14,669 nt of DNA, from the IMG/VR virus record IMGVR_UViG_2740892230_000033. The stretch is one strand, 5' to 3'. Position numbers and translations under genes: made by a program. Positions 1 through 10,062 of the stretch are shown here, in pieces. Each line of letters opens with the position of its first letter. Within the stretch, counting starts at the first letter, position 1. The notes under the pieces were generated by a model, which was not told where the DNA came from, made no database searches, and saw nothing but the letters and a program-made list of their open reading frames with translations. The DNA is from a virus. Taxonomy: Duplodnaviria; Heunggongvirae; Uroviricota; Caudoviricetes.

Positions 1-339
1 ACAAAGCGACAGGTGATTCGTGATGCATGGCTGATACACCGACACAAAGGGACCATCAGCGCACTGCGCCGGGCCATTGAGCCGCTGGGATACCTCATTC
101 GTGTGTCTGAGTGGTGGGAGTTCGGCGGAGAACCGGGAACATTTACCGTTGAAGTCGGCACGCTGGACAGTGGCGTGACGGAGGAAATGTATCTGGAAAT
201 GGAGCGGTTGATTGCTGATGCCCGCCCGGTCAGCCGCCACATGACAGGGCTGAATATCATTCAGGAGATCCCGGGGGATATTTTCGCGGCGGCAGCAACT
301 TACGACGGTGAAGTCATTACCATTTATCCGGACGATTAA
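1..339 (+). CDS. P2 gpI-like baseplate/tail protein, C-terminal part; the frame is open to the window's 5' edge so the gene starts upstream
   Basis: ORF open from position 1, stop TAA at 337-339, lies immediately upstream of the tail fibre gene as in the P2 order I-H-G; family assignment is from position and recollection only. Confidence 0.55.
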   Translation, partial: TKRQVIRDAWLIHRHKGTISALRRAIEPLGYLIRVSEWWEFGGEPGTFTVEVGTLDSGVTEEMYLEMERLIADARPVSRHMTGLNIIQEIPGDIFAAAATYDGEVITIYPDD

Positions 340-341
340 GC

Positions 342-2373
342 ATGAGTACCACAACACGTAAATTTAAAACCATTATCACTGATACTGGTGCCAAAAAATT
401 AGCTCAGGCAGCCGCGCCAGATGGTAATCCTGTCCGCCTGACTCACATGGCCGTGGGCGACGGTGGCGGCACGTTGCCCACACCAGACAGTAAGCAGACC
501 CGTCTGGTGCATGAGGTGTGGCGACATACTGTTAATCGCGTCATCCTGGACGCAACACATCAGAACCGCATTATTGCGGAGCTGGTTATTCCTCCTGAAA
601 CGGGTGGATTCTGGATCCGGGAAATTGGTGTATTTGATGAGCACGGCGATTTAATCGCGGTGGGCAATACTGCCGAAAGTTACAAACCAACCGTTGCCGA
701 GGGGTCCGGACGTGCACAAACATTTCGCACCATTCTGACCGTATCCAGCACTGCCACCGTGGCGCTTACCGTGGATAACACCATGGTGATGGCCACAGTG
801 GATTACGTGAATGACAAACTGAAAGAACATGAACAGTCACGACGTCACCCGGACGCCTCGCTGACCGCAAAAGGCTTTGTTCAACTCAGTAGCGCCACTA
901 ACAGCACGTCTGAAGCACTGGCCGCAACGCCGAAAGCGGTCAAGACAGCCTATGACCTTGCTAACGGGAAATATACCGCNNNNNNNNNNTGCCACGACGG
1001 CACGAAAAGGAATAGCCCAGCTCAGTAGCGCCACCAACAGCGATTCAGAAACGCTGGCGGCAACACCAAAGGCGGTAAAGGCAGCCTATGACCTTGCTAA
1101 CGGGAAATATACCGCACAGGACGCCACGACGGCACAAAAAGGAATTGTCCAGCTCAGTAGTGCAACCAACAGCACATCTGAAACGCTTGCTGCAACACCG
1201 AAAGCAGTGAAAGCAGCTAATGACAATGCGAATGGTCGGGTACCTTCTGCCCGTAAGGTGAATGGTAAGGCGCTTTCGGCGGATATAACACTGACGCCGA
1301 AAGATATTGGTACGCTTAACTCAACAACAATGTCATTCAGCGGTGGTGCTGGTTGGTTCAAATTAGCAACGGTAACCATGCCACAGGCGAGTTCTGTTGT
1401 TTCAATTACGTTGATTGGTGGCGCTGGATTTAACGTCGGTTCACCTCAACAGGCAGGTATATCTGAACTTGTTTTGCGTGCAGGTAATGGTAATCCGAAG
1501 GGGATTACTGGTGCTTTATGGCAGCGCACATCGACAGGGTTTACAAATTTTGCCTGGGTCAATACATCTGGTGATACTTACGATATTTACGTTGCAATCG
1601 GAAATTATGCGACTGGTGTAAATATTCAATGGGATTATACCAGTAATGCCAGCGTGACGATTCATACGTCACCAGCATATTCTGCTAATAAGCCGGAAGG
1701 GTTAACGGACGGTACAGTTTATTCACTCTATACGCCATCAGAGCAGTTTTATCCGCCTGGCGCACCAATCCCGTGGCCATCGGATACCGTTCCGTCTGGT
1801 TATGCCCTGATGCAGGGGCAGACTTTTAACAAATCTGCCTACCCGAAACTTGCAGCCGCTTATCCGTCAGGCGTGATCCCTGATATGCGTGGCTGGACGA
1901 TTAAGGGCAAACCTGCCAGTGGTCGGGCCGTATTGTCTCAGGAACAGGACGGCATTAAATCGCATACCCACAGCGCCAGCGCATCCAGTACGGATTTGGG
2001 TACGAAAACCACATCGTCGTTTGATTACGGGACGAAAACAACCTCACTATTTGACTATGGGACCAAAACTACCAGTAACGACGGGAGTCACACGCATTCA
2101 ATACCAACATCAGATGGTGCAAACCAGGGGGGGAAAATTCCACTGACATCTGGGCGTCTGGCAACTCAATATACATCAGCAACAACAGGTTCCTCTGGCT
2201 CACATTCTCATACTGTAGGTATTGGTTCTCATCAGCACACTGTCGGTATTGGTGCACACACGCACTCCGTTGCGATTGGCTCACATGGACACACCATCAC
2301 CGTTAACGCTGCGGGTAACGCGGAAAACACCGTCAAAAACATCGCATTTAACTATATTGTGAGGCTTGCATAA
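342..2373 (+). CDS. H: P2 gpH-like tail fibre protein; the frame is broken by the N10 gap at 980-989 (track pieces 342..1028 and 877..2373)
   Basis: N-terminus [24 protein letters not shown] is typical of P2-type fibre N-termini; internal SSATNS[18 protein letters not shown] repeats; C-terminal HxH-rich segment ([33 protein letters not shown]); stop TAA 2371-2373 overlaps the start of the next gene. Confidence 0.85.
873..1240 (+). repeat. Three or more tandem coding repeats of about 100 bp in the tail fibre (unit encodes [32 protein letters not shown]); copy number is uncertain because the N gap falls inside the array
   Basis: Direct reading of the repeated nucleotide and peptide units at about 873-979, 1015-1116 and 1144-1236. 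Confidence 0.8.
980..989. other. N10 scaffold gap inside the tail fibre repeat array; shifts the reading frame
   Basis: Run of 10 N; flanking sequence belongs to the repeated SSATNS units. Confidence 0.95.
1999..2082 (+). repeat. About 2.5 copies of a 30-bp coding repeat (GTKTTSxFDY) in the distal tail fibre
   Basis: Peptide [25 protein letters not shown] and the matching nucleotide periodicity. Confidence 0.7.
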
Positions 2374-2951
2374 TGGCATTCAGAATGAGTGAACAATCAC
2401 GGACCATAAAAATTTATAATCTACTGACCGGAACCAATGAGTTTATTGGTGAAGGTGATGCATACATTCCACCTCATACAGGTCTGCCAGCAAACAGTAC
2501 CGATATTGCCCCGCCAGATATTCCGGCTGGCTTCGTGGCCGTTTTCAACAGTGATGAGGCATCGTGGCATCTCGTTGAAGACCATCGGGGTAAAACGGTT
2601 TATGACGTGGCATCAGGGGACTCGTTATTTATTTCTGAACTCGGTCCATTACCGGAAAATGTTACCTGGTTGTCGCCGTATGGAGAGTATCAGAAGTGGA
2701 ACGGCACATCCTGGGGGAAAGATGCAGAAGCAGAAAAACTGTTTCGGATAAGGGAGGCGGAAGAAACAAAAAACAGCCTGATGCAGGTAGCCAGTGAGCA
2801 TATTGCACCACTTCAGGATGCTATAGATTTAGATATTGCGACGGAGGAAGAGACATCGTTACTGGCTGCATGGAAGACATATCGAGTATTGTTGCATCGT
2901 GTTGATACAACAGTAGCAGCAGATATTGAGTGGCCAGTCGCCCCACAATAA
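2373..2951 (+). CDS. G: Tail fibre assembly chaperone (P2 gpG / Tfa family); the 3' end is duplicated after the N gap, second stop at 3097-3099
   Basis: 192 aa ORF, ATG overlaps the H stop (TAATG); N-terminus [34 protein letters not shown] resembles Tfa proteins; position directly after the fibre gene. Confidence 0.8.
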   Translation: MAFRMSEQSRTIKIYNLLTGTNEFIGEGDAYIPPHTGLPANSTDIAPPDIPAGFVAVFNSDEASWHLVEDHRGKTVYDVASGDSLFISELGPLPENVTWLSPYGEYQKWNGTSWGKDAEAEKLFRIREAEETKNSLMQVASEHIAPLQDAIDLDIATEEETSLLAAWKTYRVLLHRVDTTVAADIEWPVAPQ

Positions 2952-2959
2952 AAAGAAAA

Positions 2960-2969
2960 NNNNNNNNNN
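2960..2969. other. N10 scaffold gap; 2821-2959 is repeated at 2970-3108 with a few substitutions
   Basis: Direct comparison of flanks. Confidence 0.95.
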
Positions 2970-3103
2970 CGTAGATTTGGATATTGCGACGGAGGAAGAG
3001 GCATCGTTACTGGCTGCATGGAAGACATATCGGGTATTGTTGAATCGTGTTGATACAACAGTAGCAGAGGATGTTGAGTGGCCAGTCGCCCCACAATAAA
3101 AAG

Positions 3104-3135
3104 AAAAAGCCATCGATAGAAATATCGATGGCTTT
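3104..3135. terminator. Bidirectional rho-independent terminator between the convergent gpG and acetyltransferase genes
   Basis: AAAAA, then a perfect 10-bp stem GCCATCGATA / TATCGATGGC with loop GAAA, then TTT; A-tract and T-tract flank the hairpin so it can terminate on both strands. Confidence 0.8.
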
Positions 3136-3142
3136 ATGTACT

Positions 3143-3877
3143 CTATTTATACAATACAGCACCGCTCTTTTTAGTTATATATGTGCAGTTCGATGGTATA
3201 TCTTTATTTATAAAAGACATTGCACCTATTTTTACATTATCCCCAATTTTACGGGATAATCCAATGATGCAACAATTAGCTCCGATATCAACGTTGCTAC
3301 CAATTTTTACTCTTGAACCAGGTATGTCACCATCTATCTGTCCAATGGTCGTATTCTGTCGTAACACCAGATTTTCACCAGCATCAACAGCAAAATGAAC
3401 AACAATTCCAGCATNNNNNNNNNNACTACCAATTTTCACTCTTGAACCAGGCATGTCACCATCTATCTGTCCAATGGTAGTATTCTGTCGTAATACCAGA
3501 TTTTCACCCGCATCAACAGCAAAATGAACAACAATTCCAGCATGATGGGGAATTGTTAACCCTTTTCCAATATTTGCGCCCAATCCAATTTCGCAACCAA
3601 ATTTGTTAATTATTTTACTGTTTAACTTCTTGGCTGCTTTCTTATGTAATTTATTACCATTAATATACATTTCGTTAGCCAACCGCCACCAGAAAAGGAA
3701 ATTCCTGTTACGCTGCTTTTTCTCTCTTAAAAGCCTCCAGATATCCATACGTTTCCGCCGAATTACTTCATGTTTCCAGAAGTTTTTTAAATTAGTAGAG
3801 TTCCCAAATAAAACAAAGTGAATTGCCATTAGGTAAGACAGCACGATAATCTCCTTAATTATTATTTCAGACCACAC
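3143..3877 (-). CDS. Hexapeptide-repeat (left-handed beta-helix) O-acetyltransferase, WcaB/CysE-like; low-GC cargo gene. The true start is probably the internal GTG at 3844 (AAGGAG 6 nt upstream) or the ATG at 3829; the ORF is lengthened by the duplication around the N gap at 3415-3424
   Basis: Motifs GCEIGLGANIGKGLTIPHHAGIVVHFAVDAGENLVLRQNTTIGQIDG and NVDIGANCCIIGLSRKIGDNVKIGAMSF match the serine/colanic-acid acetyltransferase hexapeptide pattern; AT-rich relative to flanking phage genes. Confidence 0.7.
   Translation of the reverse strand: MWSEIIIKEIIVLSYLMAIHFVLFGNSTNLKNFWKHEVIRRKRMDIWRLLREKKQRNRNFLFWWRLANEMYINGNKLHKKAAKKLNSKIINKFGCEIGLGANIGKGLTIPHHAGIVVHFAVDAGENLVLRQNTTIGQIDGDMPGSRVKIGSXXXXAGIVVHFAVDAGENLVLRQNTTIGQIDGDIPGSRVKIGSNVDIGANCCIIGLSRKIGDNVKIGAMSFINKDIPSNCTYITKKSGAVLYK
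3415..3424. other. N10 scaffold gap; about 3297-3414 is repeated at about 3426-3543 with a few substitutions
   Basis: Direct comparison of flanks. Confidence 0.95.
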
Positions 3878-4000
3878 ATGTTATAAGGTTAAGAGATTAT
3901 AAAATCCTGTTGTTTATTATTCAAAAACAATTTTCTGAGAAGGACATACAACAGCAAGTCGCCAGTCACCTTCATCAGGAAATTGGCGACATACGTTAAA

Positions 4001-4495
4001 TCAGAGCAGCCCCTTAACTGAGCTGGCCGCGCTATTAAGGGATGATGTCACCTTATCTTTGAAGCCGGACAACATATCGCTGAACGATGAGGATTGCAGG
4101 CGCTCCCGCAAATCCTCATCACAGCGTTCAAGAGTCAGTGAAAATTCTATCTTTTTCGCCTTACCGTAGCGATCAAACTCGGAACGGGTCGTATTCGTTT
4201 CAGTCAGTACATACATGCCGTAAATCTGCCCGACACCATCAATCAGAGGCCAGGGCCGTCCTGTATATGCCTGCGTGGTCAGCAATGAAAGCGACACTTC
4301 GCCACCTGTAATTTCAGGATAAAGCACGCCGGAAAGCACAATGCGATCATCACCTGCACCGATATACTGCCAGCTTGCTGAACGGTTAACGCGTTCATTT
4401 TTCACATGCCGCCAGCTTTTGTTTTGCTGTAACTGCTGATGCGGCAATGTGCGCAGCTCAAAAACAAACATGCCGTAGATCATCATCATGACCAT
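4001..4495 (-). CDS. U: P2 gpU-like tail protein
   Basis: 164 aa; N-terminal FVFELRTLPHQQLQ and WPLIDGVGQIYGMYVL resemble the gpU family; sits immediately downstream of the tape measure gene on the minus strand. Confidence 0.8.
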   Translation of the reverse strand: MVMMMIYGMFVFELRTLPHQQLQQNKSWRHVKNERVNRSASWQYIGAGDDRIVLSGVLYPEITGGEVSLSLLTTQAYTGRPWPLIDGVGQIYGMYVLTETNTTRSEFDRYGKAKKIEFSLTLERCDEDLRERLQSSSFSDMLSGFKDKVTSSLNSAASSVKGLL

Positions 4496-4501
4496 GACTC
4501 C

Positions 4502-7500
4502 TCAATCTTTATCGTAAAAACTGCCACGTCCGGCACGGGCGCGCCGTTCCATCTCTGCCCTGACCATTTCACCGACCAGTTTCGCCAGTTCGCGGGGATT
4601 CTGCGTAACAACGTTATGCAGATGAACATGAATTTCACCACCAAATCCGGAGGCAACAGGCTCCCGGTTACGGGAAGTTGCAGGCACTGATGCTACTGGT
4701 GATCGTATGGCCTCCGCCACCGGGCGGGTGCTGGCCGCAACAACAGGGACCAGCGCCGGAGGCAGCGGAGCCGAGACCACGGGTGTGATATTAATTGCGG
4801 GGGCAGGCTTACTGACCTGCGCAATCTTCTGCTCCTGCCACTCCCCACGAACAGCAAGTGCGCGGGGCAGGTTCTTAAAGACAATATCGCCGGGGCCAAT
4901 GCGTTTTTTCGTCTCATCAACCAGCTTACCTGTGTTATCAGCAATTTTGCTGAGTCTGCGTAGCGTCCCGGTATTGCTGTCTGTGAGCGGTTTGTTGTCT
5001 TTGGGTTTATCACCTCCGGTGCCATTGCCATTTTCTACAGGCTTTGGCGGATTGATTTTCGCAATGTCTCCCTGAAACAGAGCAACCTTGTCCTGAAGAA
5101 TGGCCGCACGCTGTGCGTCTTCGATTTTCTTGCGCGCCCTTTCCGCTTCATCCGGAAGGACACCAAGTTTTTCAAGTATCCACGCCAGCGTATCCAGTAG
5201 CATTTTTGCAGGTGTCAGAACAAGTTGTAACGCACCGCCAAGAACGTTACCGAATACCTCGCCAGCACTGGTGCATTTATCCAGCGTTTCCTTGCTGGAC
5301 TCCATCGNNNNNNNNNNCACACCGAGTTTTTCAAGTATCCACGCCAGCGTATCCAGCAACATTTTTGCAGGCGTCAGAACAAGCTGTAACGCTCCACCAA
5401 GAACGTTACCGAATATCTCGCCAGCACTGGTACATTTATCCAGCGTTTCCTTGCTGGACTCCATCGGTGACAACAGCGATTTAAACCAGTTAAACACCAG
5501 GCTGATCCCGCTTCCGATTGCGTCAAAAACAGGGCCAAACCGTTCAAAGGTTTCACGCAACGGGGTCAGCCTTTCCATAATCCCGCTGAACACCCCGGCA
5601 AAAAATGCCCTGATGGGATCCCAGTATTTCCAGATAAGAACGGCAGCTCCGGCAAGCGCAGCAACGACAAGACCAACCGGACTGAACAACGCCCCGATAG
5701 CGCCTCCCAGTAAAGAAACGGAACCCGTCACCATTCCCCATAGCGCAGGCAACACCCTGACGACATTCATTGACCGGGTAAGAATGTCAAAACCAATACG
5801 CAAGGTGGCCAGCTTCCCGTAAAGCACCCCANNNNNNNNNNCACGATAAGACCAACCGGACTGAACAGCGCCCCGATAGCGCCACCCAGCAAAGAAACAG
5901 AACCCGTCACCATTCCCCACAGCGCAGGCAACACCCTGATGACATTCATTGACCGGGTAAGAATGTCGAAACCAAGACGCAAGGTGGCCAGCTTCCCGTA
6001 AAGCACCCCAATAACCAGCGACAACGAGCCAATCGTTGCAGTCATTGCCAGCAACGCACCGCCTGCTATCAGTAGCTGGCGCGTCAGTACCGGATGGGCC
6101 TGCGCCAGCGAGGTGATTTTTTCAAGCACCCGCGTGAGCCACTGCGTGACAGAACGCAGCGGACCGTCAACCAGATCACTGATGCGAATACGAAGACCTT
6201 CCCATGCGCTGTCGAGATTTTTCAGGTCTCCATCAAGATTATCGGCCATTACTTTTGCAACGCGATCGGCCTCTCCCCTTGCCCCCTGCAATTCTCTGGT
6301 CAGTTTTTGCAGTTCTCCTGAACCAGCCGCCGCAACAAGCGTCTGCAAACCAACGAACGCCTCTTCTCCGGCAATGTCCTTGAAGAAGGAGACCTGGTCC
6401 ACCTGTCCGTATTTTTGTGTCGCCTTATAGAGATCAAGCAGCACATCCTCCATCGGGCGCATTTTGCCTCTGGCGTCAGCAACTGACACCCCCAGCTCTT
6501 TCAGTGCATCAGCCGCAGCTTTTGGCGGTGATGCAAGGCGGGACAGACTTGCGCGCATGGCCGTACCAGCATCGCTTCCGCGAAGACCATTATTGGCAAG
6601 CATCCCGGCCATGGCCGCCGCTTCTTCAAGACTGATACCAAGTTTTGCGGCAACCGGACCGGTATACTTCATGGTTTCGCCCAGCGCGCGTAAATCAGTA
6701 TTGGTCCGGGTGAATGCTGCTGTCAGCGTATCGCCAACCCGGTCCATTTGATCGGCTGTCAGGTTGAACTGTGTGAGGATATTGGAGCCTATATCAGCCG
6801 TCTCGCCGAGTTCGACGCCACCTGCCAGCGCCATATTAAGAACACCGGGCAATGCGGCCTGAATGGCCTGCGGAGTAAAACCAGCCATTGCCAGAAAGCT
6901 CTGCCCACTGGCGGCATCACTCGCAGTAAACTGTGTTTCAGAACCAAGTTTTAACGCCTGCTCACGCAGCGCCTTAAACTGCGGGCTGTTTTTGTCGATT
7001 CGCGTCAGTGCCTGAACGCGGGACATCTCTTTGCCGAACCCGATCGCAGGCTGCAAAAAACGCCCGGCAGCATAGCCGCCAGCCGCTGCAGCACCAATTG
7101 CCAGCGCACCACCTGTTTTCAGTTTTCCCGCGGTTTCCTGCGCGCGCGAATACCGCTCACGCGCCCGCGTTACACGCGCAAGCGCCTGCCGTTCGCGTTC
7201 AAGCTGGTTGTTGTACTGTTCGGTGCGTCTGATGGCCTGCTGGATGGTGTTATCGCTGCCTGTCAGGGAAATGCCGTGGCGTTTCAGCTCTCCGCCAAGC
7301 TCCCGCATTTTCTGAATTTCCCGTGTGCGCGATTCATTCAGGCGTTCAAGCCGGGTGCTTAACTGCTGCATCAGCTTTTGTTGTTTTTCGCTGAGCACTG
7401 TACCCGTGCGTTGTAACTGATTAAGGGCGTTAAGCTGGCGTCGTGCTTTCACGATGCCAGCATCCGCTTTACTGACAGCGTCACGGGCGCGCTCAAATGA

Positions 7501-7656
7501 ACGCGCCTGACGCTCGAGATTTTTGATCGCCCCCTGCGTTCGCTGGATGGAGTCACCAAACTGCCCCATCAGGCGGCGGGCGTTTTCGGCAGGCCGGGTC
7601 AGCCTGTCAACGGCGCTGAAAGCGACCCGGATATCAAGAGTCTTCATTATCTGCAT
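4502..7656 (-). CDS. T: Tail tape measure protein (P2 gpT-like); reading frame broken twice by N gaps at 5308-5317 and 5832-5841 with duplicated flanks (track pieces 5767..7656 and 4502..5920)
   Basis: Long coiled-coil-rich N-terminal half, central glycine/alanine-rich hydrophobic segments and overall size typical of tape measure proteins; positioned between the E/E' chaperone and gpU. Confidence 0.85.
5308..5317. other. N10 scaffold gap; about 5159-5307 is repeated at about 5318-5466 with a few substitutions
   Basis: Direct comparison of flanks. Confidence 0.95.
5832..5841. other. N10 scaffold gap; about 5664-5831 is repeated at about 5842-6009 with a few substitutions
   Basis: Direct comparison of flanks. 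Confidence 0.95.
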
Positions 7657-8172
7657 TCCCGCTGCGAAGTGCCGCCCGCTCGCGCCAGCTAACCACTTCG
7701 CCGGGCGTCATCATGAAGATTTCGGCGGGCGACCAGTTAAAAATGGCGGCAATATCCGCCACCAGATCTTCGATGTGCTCAAAGCACACCAGGGTGATTA
7801 CGCTGCCGTCTCCTGCACGCTCTTCGCGCCAGAGTCTGGCTCGCTCATAAAATTTACAGCCACTGCGCACAACTGAATAAAATCGCGTGACGACATTTTT
7901 TTAATCATCACTTCATCCAGTCGTGGCGAGGTCACGCGAGGCAACAGCGTAAACATGGTATCCGCTTTCAGATTCAGCACATCAGACAGCGACAGACCAC
8001 GCAGGGATCCCGCCTGCTCAATAGCCCCGGTGATCTCCACATATGTGATTTTTTCGGCACCACGCTCAATTGGCCGGGAAAGTTTTACACCACGTTCGAC
8101 AGCCATATCCTCACCTGACGTCACATCATCCGCTACGGTGTTATTCCGGGTTTCAGTATCGATATCTTTCAT
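7634..8172 (-). CDS. E: Tail assembly chaperone gpE (7798..8172) and its -1 frameshift extension E' (frame of ORF 7634..7870), giving an E+E' fusion product
   Basis: Two overlapping minus-strand ORFs between the tube and tape measure genes; an A7 run at 7896-7902 in the E frame (ATT AAA AAA ATG) where a -1 slip enters exactly the frame of ORF 7634..7870. Confidence 0.7.
7896..7902 (-). other. Candidate programmed -1 ribosomal frameshift site (AAAAAAA) joining E to E'
   Basis: Frame arithmetic: E codons start at 7902 and 7899; shifting back one nucleotide gives codon starts congruent with the 7634..7870 ORF. Confidence 0.6.
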
Positions 8173-8227
8173 CAGTTGTCTCCTTTTCAGTCAGAGGCGA
8201 CGCACTGCGCCGCCTGCATATTACTTA

Positions 8228-8740
8228 TCAGCCAAGCCCAAGCGCGGAACGGATACGGTCAGGCACAATGTCCTTGCCGTCCTTCCGGTAGATGTGGTTC
8301 AACAGGTCGATTTCCCACAGCGGGCGATCGTTAACGCTCAGCTTGTAGTAGGTGTTTTTGACAGCGTAAGTGTGTGATGTGGCTTCGCCCTGTTTGGCTT
8401 CCCCCATATCAATTTCCGTCACACGCCCGCGCATCTCGATTTCATACAGATCGCTTTCTGCATCGGTGTAGTATTCACCCGCAAAACGCAGCAGCGTGCC
8501 GTCAATCGTGCCGCCATATTTAAGGAACAGCGCACGAACAGCTCCCCCCATGACAAAACTCGCATCAAGCGCGGAGTCGTCCAGACCGAGATCAATACTT
8601 ACCGCCCCCATCATGCCACCACCACGATAGCTGTCGGTTTTGCGCGTCAGTTTGGGCGGCGTGACGGATGTCACTTTACCCACTTCGTTTTCACCATCCA
8701 CAAACAACGTAAAAAAGCGAAGATGTTTTGGTACAGCCAT
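8228..8740 (-). CDS. FII: Major tail tube protein (P2 gpFII-like)
   Basis: 170 aa; PPKLTRKTDSYRGGGMMGAVSIDLGLDD and LRFAGEYY motifs match the P2 FII family as I recall it. Confidence 0.9.
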   Translation of the reverse strand: MAVPKHLRFFTLFVDGENEVGKVTSVTPPKLTRKTDSYRGGGMMGAVSIDLGLDDSALDASFVMGGAVRALFLKYGGTIDGTLLRFAGEYYTDAESDLYEIEMRGRVTEIDMGEAKQGEATSHTYAVKNTYYKLSVNDRPLWEIDLLNHIYRKDGKDIVPDRIRSALGLG

Positions 8741-10062
8741 CAGGCACCTCCCAGCACCGCAAATGCGGGACCAAAGAATTCATCAGTAAACGTCTGGTAA
8801 AGCTCCATGTCTTCCAGTGGCGGAACGGGCGTATATTTGTAGCGAATACGCACACGCCCCTGACGTAAATCCGTGGTGCTGTTATCCACCACGTCATACC
8901 AGCACTCCGCGCCTATCAGTTTCCCGGCAGTAACCAGTGAATCCAGCTTTGCCCTGATGGCACTGATTACATCCTTCACGTTCGCAGGCGTCAGTGGACT
9001 GTCGATGGTTTCAAACTGCGCTTCCGCAATTGAATCAGCCAGCACCTGTGCGGTTCGGGTATACACCTCAAAGATGTAGGCGTTCGTTTCCGGTGTGCGG
9101 TTGCCCCAGAAGCGGAACCCGTTGCGACGAATAATGGTCGTGATTTCTTTGTTGTTGAGGCTATTGGCATCGCTGTCTTCGGCCTGCAACGACCAGAACA
9201 CATGCCTGGACATTCCCAGCACATTTTTAACCGGAACGTTGGACAGCGATTTGTGCCAGCCCTGCTCATGGTCAATGCACGCACGAAGGCCGCACGCATA
9301 AGCAGGCGCGGGGAACGTTTCGTTTTTGCCACTTTNNNNNNNNNNCGACATCCCCAGCACATTTTTAACCGGAACGTTGGACAGTGATTTGTGCCATCCC
9401 TGCTCATGGTCAATGTACGCACGAAGGCCGCACGCATAGGCAGGCGCGGGGAACGTTTCGTTTTTGCCACTTTTCGGGTTGTAGGCGATGAAGTCCGGCC
9501 ATAAGAGCATCACCTCACGTTCGTTGAATTTCTGGCGGTAGGTAATCGCCTCAGCCATCGTGTTACAGCCGTGACATGAGGCATACACAAACGCGCGCAG
9601 TTTACCTGCAATCACGCACAGGGATTTTGTTACAGCCTCCGTGTCCAGCTCCGGCGCGGCCAGAATACGCGGACGGTATCCGATGCTTTCATCCTGCTCT
9701 GCAACAAGCAGCGCATACATCCCCGTATAGCTGCCGTCATCCTCAGAACCACCGATAACCAGTTGATCCTGCGTCTTTCCGTCTTCTTCTTTGTGTTCAG
9801 CCACGCGAACGACGATCACCTTTGTGCTCACCTGGTCTGCGATGGCCTTAAGCGCACGATAAAGCGTCCCCGTTGTCCCGCATTTTCCCAGCACGTCATT
9901 GACGCGGGTCAGCAGTGTGGGCTTATTCAGCGGGAACAGCTTCGCGTCCGCATCATCCGCCGTTGCCACGATACCGATAACGCTGGAATCAACATCGTTA
10001 ATCGCTGTTACCAGGTCGGTATTTTCCGTAACACGGGCACCATGAAAACGAGTTTCACTCAT
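8740..10062 (-). CDS. FI: Contractile tail sheath protein (P2 gpFI-like); lengthened by about 43 codons by the duplication around the N gap at 9336-9345
   Basis: Motifs FPLNKP, LRAFVYAS, EQGWHKSLSNV, RRNGFRFWGNRT and YKYTPVPPLE are characteristic of P2-type sheath proteins. Confidence 0.9.
   Translation of the reverse strand: MSETRFHGARVTENTDLVTAINDVDSSVIGIVATADDADAKLFPLNKPTLLTRVNDVLGKCGTTGTLYRALKAIADQVSTKVIVVRVAEHKEEDGKTQDQLVIGGSEDDGSYTGMYALLVAEQDESIGYRPRILAAPELDTEAVTKSLCVIAGKLRAFVYASCHGCNTMAEAITYRQKFNEREVMLLWPDFIAYNPKSGKNETFPAPAYACGLRAYIDHEQGWHKSLSNVPVKNVLGMSXXXXSGKNETFPAPAYACGLRACIDHEQGWHKSLSNVPVKNVLGMSRHVFWSLQAEDSDANSLNNKEITTIIRRNGFRFWGNRTPETNAYIFEVYTRTAQVLADSIAEAQFETIDSPLTPANVKDVISAIRAKLDSLVTAGKLIGAECWYDVVDNSTTDLRQGRVRIRYKYTPVPPLEDMELYQTFTDEFFGPAFAVLGGA
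9336..9345. other. N10 scaffold gap; about 9209-9335 is repeated at about 9346-9473 with a few substitutions
   Basis: Direct comparison of flanks. Confidence 0.95.

Noticed and set aside
877-989. The N-terminal 34 residues of track ORF 877..2373 ([24 protein letters not shown]...)
   Set aside because: This is the pre-gap part of the tail fibre read in the wrong frame; the real gene starts at 342 and the N gap changes the frame.
3071-3821. Plus-strand ORFs 3071..3259, 3183..3398 and 3603..3821 overlapping the acetyltransferase region
   Set aside because: They are antisense to a gene with clear hexapeptide motifs, low-complexity and AT-rich, with no recognisable features; likely spurious.
4707-7232. 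Plus-strand ORFs (for example 4707..5075, 5100..5822, 6113..6430, 6464..6751, 7008..7232) antisense to the tape measure gene
   Set aside because: They sit entirely inside a long, well-supported minus-strand gene and have no SD-bearing starts; 5100..5822 is further inflated by the scaffold duplication. Treated as antisense frame noise.
8991-9470. Minus-strand 159-aa ORF inside the sheath gene in another frame
   Set aside because: Arginine-rich alternative frame of a GC-rich gene, partly created by the duplicated segment around 9336-9345.
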